This document shows, one piece after another, positions 59,213 through 64,000 of a DNA stretch of 64,000 nt. The translations under genes were made by a program, and so were the position numbers. Every line of letters begins with the position of its first letter. Positions within the stretch are counted from its first letter, which is position 1. The stretch is from an uncultured Flavobacterium sp. (lineage in GTDB: Bacteria > Bacteroidota > Bacteroidia > Flavobacteriales > Flavobacteriaceae): NCBI GenBank assembly GCA_963513255.1, contig CAUPPG010000001.1:150902-214901 (forward strand), given 5' to 3'. The notes below the pieces were generated by a model. That model was not told where the DNA came from and did no database searches. It was given only the letters and a program-made list of their open reading frames with translations.

Positions 59213-62068
59213 TTAGAAAATTTGAAATTTAACACCTAGTTGTCCGTTAATAGCAGACCATTCACTGTTAGTGATTCTATTTTGATTAGTTCCTAAATAC
59301 TGTTTAAATGGTTCATTAGTGATGTTTCTAACTTCCATGAAAATTTTAATTTTATCGCTAATAGAGTAATCAGCAGATAAATCGACAGTAAAATTGCTTT
59401 TAGCAGAAATATAGTAATTAGGACCAAGGTTTTGGTTGATTGTCTCTACAGAGTTTCCACGGTAATTACCAGCTATTTTGAACATAAATCCATATTTTTC
59501 ATAAAAAAGTGCAGAGTTGAATAAGAATTTAGATTGGTTAGGCAATGTCGTTCTGTCGGTTGCAACCAAAGTTCCAGCAGTGCTAAATCTTGATACATCT
59601 AGTTTAGAATCAATCATTGAGAAGTTAAAATCAACTCCAAATCCTCCGAAGAAATTTTTCCATTCTGTGAAACGTTTTGTGATTCCCATTTCGAATCCTA
59701 ATAGGCTAGCATCTTTAATGTTTTTTGGTTGAGTAACTAAATAGTTAACGCTGTTGATATTTTGTACTGAAAGATCTTTAAAAATATAGTTTGATAAATC
59801 TTTATAAAATACTCCAGCAGTAATTAAACCAATATCTTTTAAAAAGTATTCTCCCATTACATCAAAATTATTTGAGAAGGTAGGCAATAAATTAGGATTT
59901 CCCTTGGTAATTCTGTTAACACCAGAGGATACGTCTACAGTTTCTCCTGGGTTTATATCACCAAAATTAGCTCTAGAAAATGTTCTAGTATAGGCAGCTC
60001 TAAGATTTACATTTTCAGACGCTGTATATTTTAAATGTAACATTGGTAGAAATGCATTGTATGATGAGTTCACTTCAATAGGAGTAATTGTATTTGCTAC
60101 TGCGTCATACTTGTTACTTTTTACATTTACTTTAGTTAATTCATTTCTGACCCCACCAATAAGTTTAATGTCTTTATTTAAATCGTATACTCCCATTACA
60201 TAGGCACTAAATACATCTTCGTGTACGTCGTATTTTGTAGTTGCATTAGTTTTTGGAGAATAATCACCAAATCCATTTGCAGTTAAAAAGCTTGGGGTGA
60301 ATATTCTAAACAATTCATTTTTTGTAATTGGGTTAACAATTAAATTATTGAAAGGACTTCCAATTTCAGTAAATGAACTACTTGCGTTTGGATATGCTTC
60401 TGTTTGGAAACTATTCATTGTTAACAAGGCTGGTGAATTAGGAATTCCTAACGCTGCCCCAGGTAAATAAACTAAATTGGTGAATTCTCCAATATAGTTT
60501 TTAAGTTTCATTTTTACACCAGATTTAATCGTAAGGTTAGAGTTAGCATTATAGTTCAAATTTAATTGTCCTACTTTATCTTTATCATATTGATTCATTC
60601 TTACGATAACTAATTGGCTTAAAGCTAAACGAGCTGGATCTAAATAATCAGCGGTGTTAGTTAATTTTGGGTCAATGTTGTAAATGTTAAGTCCATTTGA
60701 GTCTGGTGAATCAAATAAATTATACACTAGACCATCCGTAGCTCTGTTTCCAAAGTTTCCTGTCAATTTTTGTGTAAATTGAGCTATTGGTAAGCCTCTT
60801 TTATCTGAAGGCATGTTTGGAGGTGTATTTAAAACATACTCCATTTCATTATTAGCAAATGACCAATCAAGTTTAACCTTTGAACCTAGGATATGTTCTC
60901 CACCTATTTCAGCTCCATTTAAAGCAGTTTCATAATAAGAATAACGATAGCTAAATACATATCTTTTTTTAGCAAAATCATAAAATGATTCATAAACTGG
61001 ACGAACGTCTTCAAATTTATCTAAGAGCACTTTGGCAAAAAGTTTATTTTTAGAGTTCAATTCAAAATCTATCGCTCCGCTAAATGCGCGTGTTTTTCGT
61101 TCTCCAAAATATCGTTTAGCATTTACAGTATTGATACTGTATTTTTGTGCTTGTACAGCCGCATTCACATTGTAATCAACTACGATTTCATCTGTTGAGA
61201 AATTTCTATCCCAAATAGAAGAAGCTAAAACTACTCCTAATTTTTTATTGAAAAAACGTTTTCCAAAAACCACAGAACCATTATAAGTTGATTTGTCGGC
61301 TCTTTGGTTGTAACCAGCTCCTAAACTCACGTTTAACATGTCTTTTTGAGGCGCAGTTCTTGATACAAAATTTACAGATCCACCAATAGCATCACCTTCC
61401 ATATCAGGTGTAATTGCTTTAGATAATTGAATGTATTGAATCATCTCTGTTGGGATAGCATCTAAAAGAGTGTTGCGTGATCCAAATACAGAAGCACTAG
61501 GTAATCTACTTCCATTGTATAACGTTGAAGTCCATCCATAAGGAGTTCCTCTAACGCTCACCTGATTAGCTTCTCCGTGGTATCTGTTAACACTGGCTCC
61601 AGGCATTCTTTGAACTGCTTCAGCAGCATTTCGATCTGGTAGTTTTCCAACAGCATCTGCTGCTAAAACATCCATAATTGCAAGCGATTTCTTTTTGATA
61701 CTTAACGCTTTAATTTGAGAAGGAGCAGTAAACCCTTTCACAATAATCTCATTCAAAAGACCTTCTTCTTCTTTAAGTACAATGGTTCCTAAATTATTAA
61801 TTCCTGAGACTAATTTAAGTTCTTTAGTTGTTGTTTTATACCCCAAATAGCTGAAAGATACAGTTATTTTTGCTTGAGGTAAGTTTGATATTTGAAAATT
61901 ACCTTCTAAATCAGAAGTTGTTCCAAGTTTTTTTTCTGAAATCGAAATATTTACACCTGGTAAATACGATTTTCCATCTGAAATTTTTCCAATTATTGAT
62001 GCATTATTTTGTGCCGAAAGTTGAATCGACACAGCCATCAATGTAAAAAATAAAAATAGTTTTTTCAT
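59213..62068 (-). CDS. TonB-dependent receptor with N-terminal carboxypeptidase-regulatory-like domain
   Basis: Signal peptide, LPGVNI..SYLGY, plug GKLPDRNAAEAVQRMPG, PDMEGDAIGGSVN, terminal Phe. Confidence 0.92.
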   Translation of the reverse strand: MKKLFLFFTLMAVSIQLSAQNNASIIGKISDGKSYLPGVNISISEKKLGTTSDLEGNFQISNLPQAKITVSFSYLGYKTTTKELKLVSGINNLGTIVLKEEEGLLNEIIVKGFTAPSQIKALSIKKKSLAIMDVLAADAVGKLPDRNAAEAVQRMPGASVNRYHGEANQVSVRGTPYGWTSTLYNGSRLPSASVFGSRNTLLDAIPTEMIQYIQLSKAITPDMEGDAIGGSVNFVSRTAPQKDMLNVSLGAGYNQRADKSTYNGSVVFGKRFFNKKLGVVLASSIWDRNFSTDEIVVDYNVNAAVQAQKYSINTVNAKRYFGERKTRAFSGAIDFELNSKNKLFAKVLLDKFEDVRPVYESFYDFAKKRYVFSYRYSYYETALNGAEIGGEHILGSKVKLDWSFANNEMEYVLNTPPNMPSDKRGLPIAQFTQKLTGNFGNRATDGLVYNLFDSPDSNGLNIYNIDPKLTNTADYLDPARLALSQLVIVRMNQYDKDKVGQLNLNYNANSNLTIKSGVKMKLKNYIGEFTNLVYLPGAALGIPNSPALLTMNSFQTEAYPNASSSFTEIGSPFNNLIVNPITKNELFRIFTPSFLTANGFGDYSPKTNATTKYDVHEDVFSAYVMGVYDLNKDIKLIGGVRNELTKVNVKSNKYDAVANTITPIEVNSSYNAFLPMLHLKYTASENVNLRAAYTRTFSRANFGDINPGETVDVSSGVNRITKGNPNLLPTFSNNFDVMGEYFLKDIGLITAGVFYKDLSNYIFKDLSVQNINSVNYLVTQPKNIKDASLLGFEMGITKRFTEWKNFFGGFGVDFNFSMIDSKLDVSRFSTAGTLVATDRTTLPNQSKFLFNSALFYEKYGFMFKIAGNYRGNSVETINQNLGPNYYISAKSNFTVDLSADYSISDKIKIFMEVRNITNEPFKQYLGTNQNRITNSEWSAINGQLGVKFQIF

Positions 62069-62284
62069 TTTAAGATTAAGTTTAAATTTTTTTGGCGAAA
62101 TTATATGACGAGATTAAACATGTTGTCTTTTTAAATTTAGCAATACAATTTTATTTAAAAATTTTACTTAACTATCTGAAATACAATTATTTAAATTATA
62201 TTATTAAATGGTTAACGAAATGTAAATTTATTTTAGAATAAGAAAATGGAGGATGTAAAAAATCAATCAGATTAAGAAACCTTT

Positions 62285-63361
62285 TTACAATGGTGCAATT
62301 TTCATTTTTTTATATTCACTAGGTGTTAATCCTGTAGTTTGTTTGAAGTATTTATAAAAAGTAGATTTGTTCTTGAAACCACTTTGGTATCCAATTGCTG
62401 AGAAATTAGAATCCGATGTCTTGTCAATAAGTTTTTTAGATTCTTCTACTCTTAACGTATTTAAATATTGGTAGAAATTGGTATTTAATCTAATATTAAG
62501 TGCCTGTGTAATTTTTATTTTTGGAATTTTTATATCTAAAGAGAGGATTTCTAAATTGAATTCAGAATCTAGATACATTTTTCTTTTACTAAAATATGTA
62601 TTTATCTTTTCTATTATTTCATCCATTTCGGATGAATTTAAATCATAATTTTTATATTTTTCTTCTTTTTGTATTTCTATTTCAATGTTTTTTTGTGTTT
62701 CGAAAAAAATTCCGAAACGAATATGAATCACGCTAAAGAACATTATTAACAACAAAATATAATACACATACCTCAAGTTGACTATGCTTTTATATTCGAA
62801 AATGTTTAATATTAAAGATGTAATAGTCATGACAGATAATGTTATTAATACATAACTAACTACTTTTACATTTTTTAGTTTTAAAAGTATGATTGTGTCT
62901 TCTATATTTTTTTGTTGAGAGATAAATTGTAAAGCACAAAAACTATATGTAAAAAAAGAGCAAGAAAAGAGCAACATTGTTGTTAAATTATACCACTGAA
63001 TAACGGCATCACTATTTTTATTGCCCAATAAGAAATAGACTAAGAAAAAATTACATAATATCCCAATTATGAAAGGGATTGAATGAATTAAATATTGTTT
63101 TTTTACACTTTTTCCAAAAATGGATAAGGCATAAAAATAATTTATTGGCGCATATAAAAATGAAAACCCTCCGTGTAATTTTTCAAAAATAGTTGTATCA
63201 TTAAAGCCATAAATTAATAAAATTTTGTAGCTTAAGTGAAGAAAAAATACACCAAAAAAAAGACTTAATAAAAAGTCTTCGTTTTTGAATTTTTTGTTCA
63301 TATAAATTAAAAGCGCTGTAATTAGTGATTGTATTGTCACTATTGATAAGAGTAAGATCAT
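62285..63361 (-). CDS. Membrane-anchored AraC-family transcriptional regulator
   Basis: About 6-7 N-terminal TMs; C-terminal NFYQYLNTLRV..SGFKNKSTFYKYFKQTTGLTPSEYK. Confidence 0.9.
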   Translation of the reverse strand: MILLLSIVTIQSLITALLIYMNKKFKNEDFLLSLFFGVFFLHLSYKILLIYGFNDTTIFEKLHGGFSFLYAPINYFYALSIFGKSVKKQYLIHSIPFIIGILCNFFLVYFLLGNKNSDAVIQWYNLTTMLLFSCSFFTYSFCALQFISQQKNIEDTIILLKLKNVKVVSYVLITLSVMTITSLILNIFEYKSIVNLRYVYYILLLIMFFSVIHIRFGIFFETQKNIEIEIQKEEKYKNYDLNSSEMDEIIEKINTYFSKRKMYLDSEFNLEILSLDIKIPKIKITQALNIRLNTNFYQYLNTLRVEESKKLIDKTSDSNFSAIGYQSGFKNKSTFYKYFKQTTGLTPSEYKKMKIAPL

Positions 63362-63383
63362 AGAATCTTGTTATATTAATAAT

Positions 63384-64000
63384 TTATTGTTTATAGGTGT
63401 CAAATAAATACTGCAGCGTTTCATTTATATTATTGGCTTCAATAAGAGGCATAGGACTATCAGAGTTAAGCCAGTTTTCTATAATCAGTTCAAAGTTATC
63501 TCCGACTTCGTAAACCACAGGTACGCCCATTTTTTTCAATGCTGCTGCATTACATTCTTGTTCGTAGTGGTTTAGAATCGGGATACTTAATATTTTCTTT
63601 CTCAGATACAATGCTTCTGCGGGAGTTTCAAATCCACCCCCAGTAATGATACCATGACAACTTATCAAACTTTCGTTAAAATTAATTTGATTAACTGGAT
63701 AATAGGTAATATTACCTATTGTGTGTTTGAATTTTACTTCACTCAAAAACCAATGAAATTCTTGGTTGGGAAGGCTTTTAAATGCTTTTTCTAAACACGC
63801 TTCATCAAATGACGGAAGATATACCGTGATGTGTCCTAAATTAGTAGGTTCGGCTTGTTGAATTTCATTTTTTATGATAGGAGGAACAATGAATGAATCG
63901 TATTTTTCAAAATGGAGCCCAATATTTTTTGGTGCGGATGCATAATGTTTCAAAATCATTTCTCCCATTATACTTTTCTTCTCAGGTCTTGGTGTTAGAT
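63384..64000 (-). CDS. GT-B glycosyltransferase (MJ1255-like), 5' end outside the window
   Basis: Frame is open to the window edge (..LTPRPEKKSIMGEM). GIITGGGFETPAEAL, HYEQECNA. Confidence 0.8.
   Translation of the reverse strand, partial: LTPRPEKKSIMGEMILKHYASAPKNIGLHFEKYDSFIVPPIIKNEIQQAEPTNLGHITVYLPSFDEACLEKAFKSLPNQEFHWFLSEVKFKHTIGNITYYPVNQINFNESLISCHGIITGGGFETPAEALYLRKKILSIPILNHYEQECNAAALKKMGVPVVYEVGDNFELIIENWLNSDSPMPLIEANNINETLQYLFDTYKQ

Noticed and set aside
1786-59732. Many 60-180 aa antisense or alternate-frame ORFs in the ORF track (e.g. 6355-6825, 17073-17426, 39336-39869)
   Set aside because: They lie wholly within well-supported genes, have no recognisable motifs, and look like shadow ORFs.

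Overview
Low-GC chromosomal window from a Flavobacterium-like member of the Bacteroidota. The assignment rests on TAnnTTTG -7 promoter boxes, gldD, the ftsX-DUF3098-uppP-truB and hup-bS22-rng gene orders, and typical DUF families. It is mostly core genome: rpoN (partial), asnS, frr, pyrH, truB, uppP, ftsX, leuS, pyrC, tyrS, dgt, greA, arfB, ahcY, rpmA, rplU, gldD, ssb, mutY, hup, rng, tadA, dxs, one tRNA-Gln(TTG), a TPP riboswitch, and a 30-codon bS22-like ribosomal protein gene missed by the ORF track. No transposase, integrase, phage or CRISPR array was seen. The best candidates for a second look are: (1) a small palindromic repeat family with 4 copies, one forming 9 exact in-frame codons (VIASEAKQS) inside leuS; (2) a second ~78-bp structured repeat with compensatory changes, whose first bases form a gene's stop codon; (3) a terminator-like hairpin between the greA promoter and start codon; (4) an AT-rich membrane-AraC / TonB transporter / exported PTP-type phosphatase module; (5) an AT-rich PAP2-GtrA-GT-C surface-modification cassette; (6) a TMEM260-like DUF2723 gene close to a polyprenol-P-mannose synthase; (7) apparent local gene losses (gldE, DUF4301). 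All family assignments are from motif recognition and memory, not from database searches.
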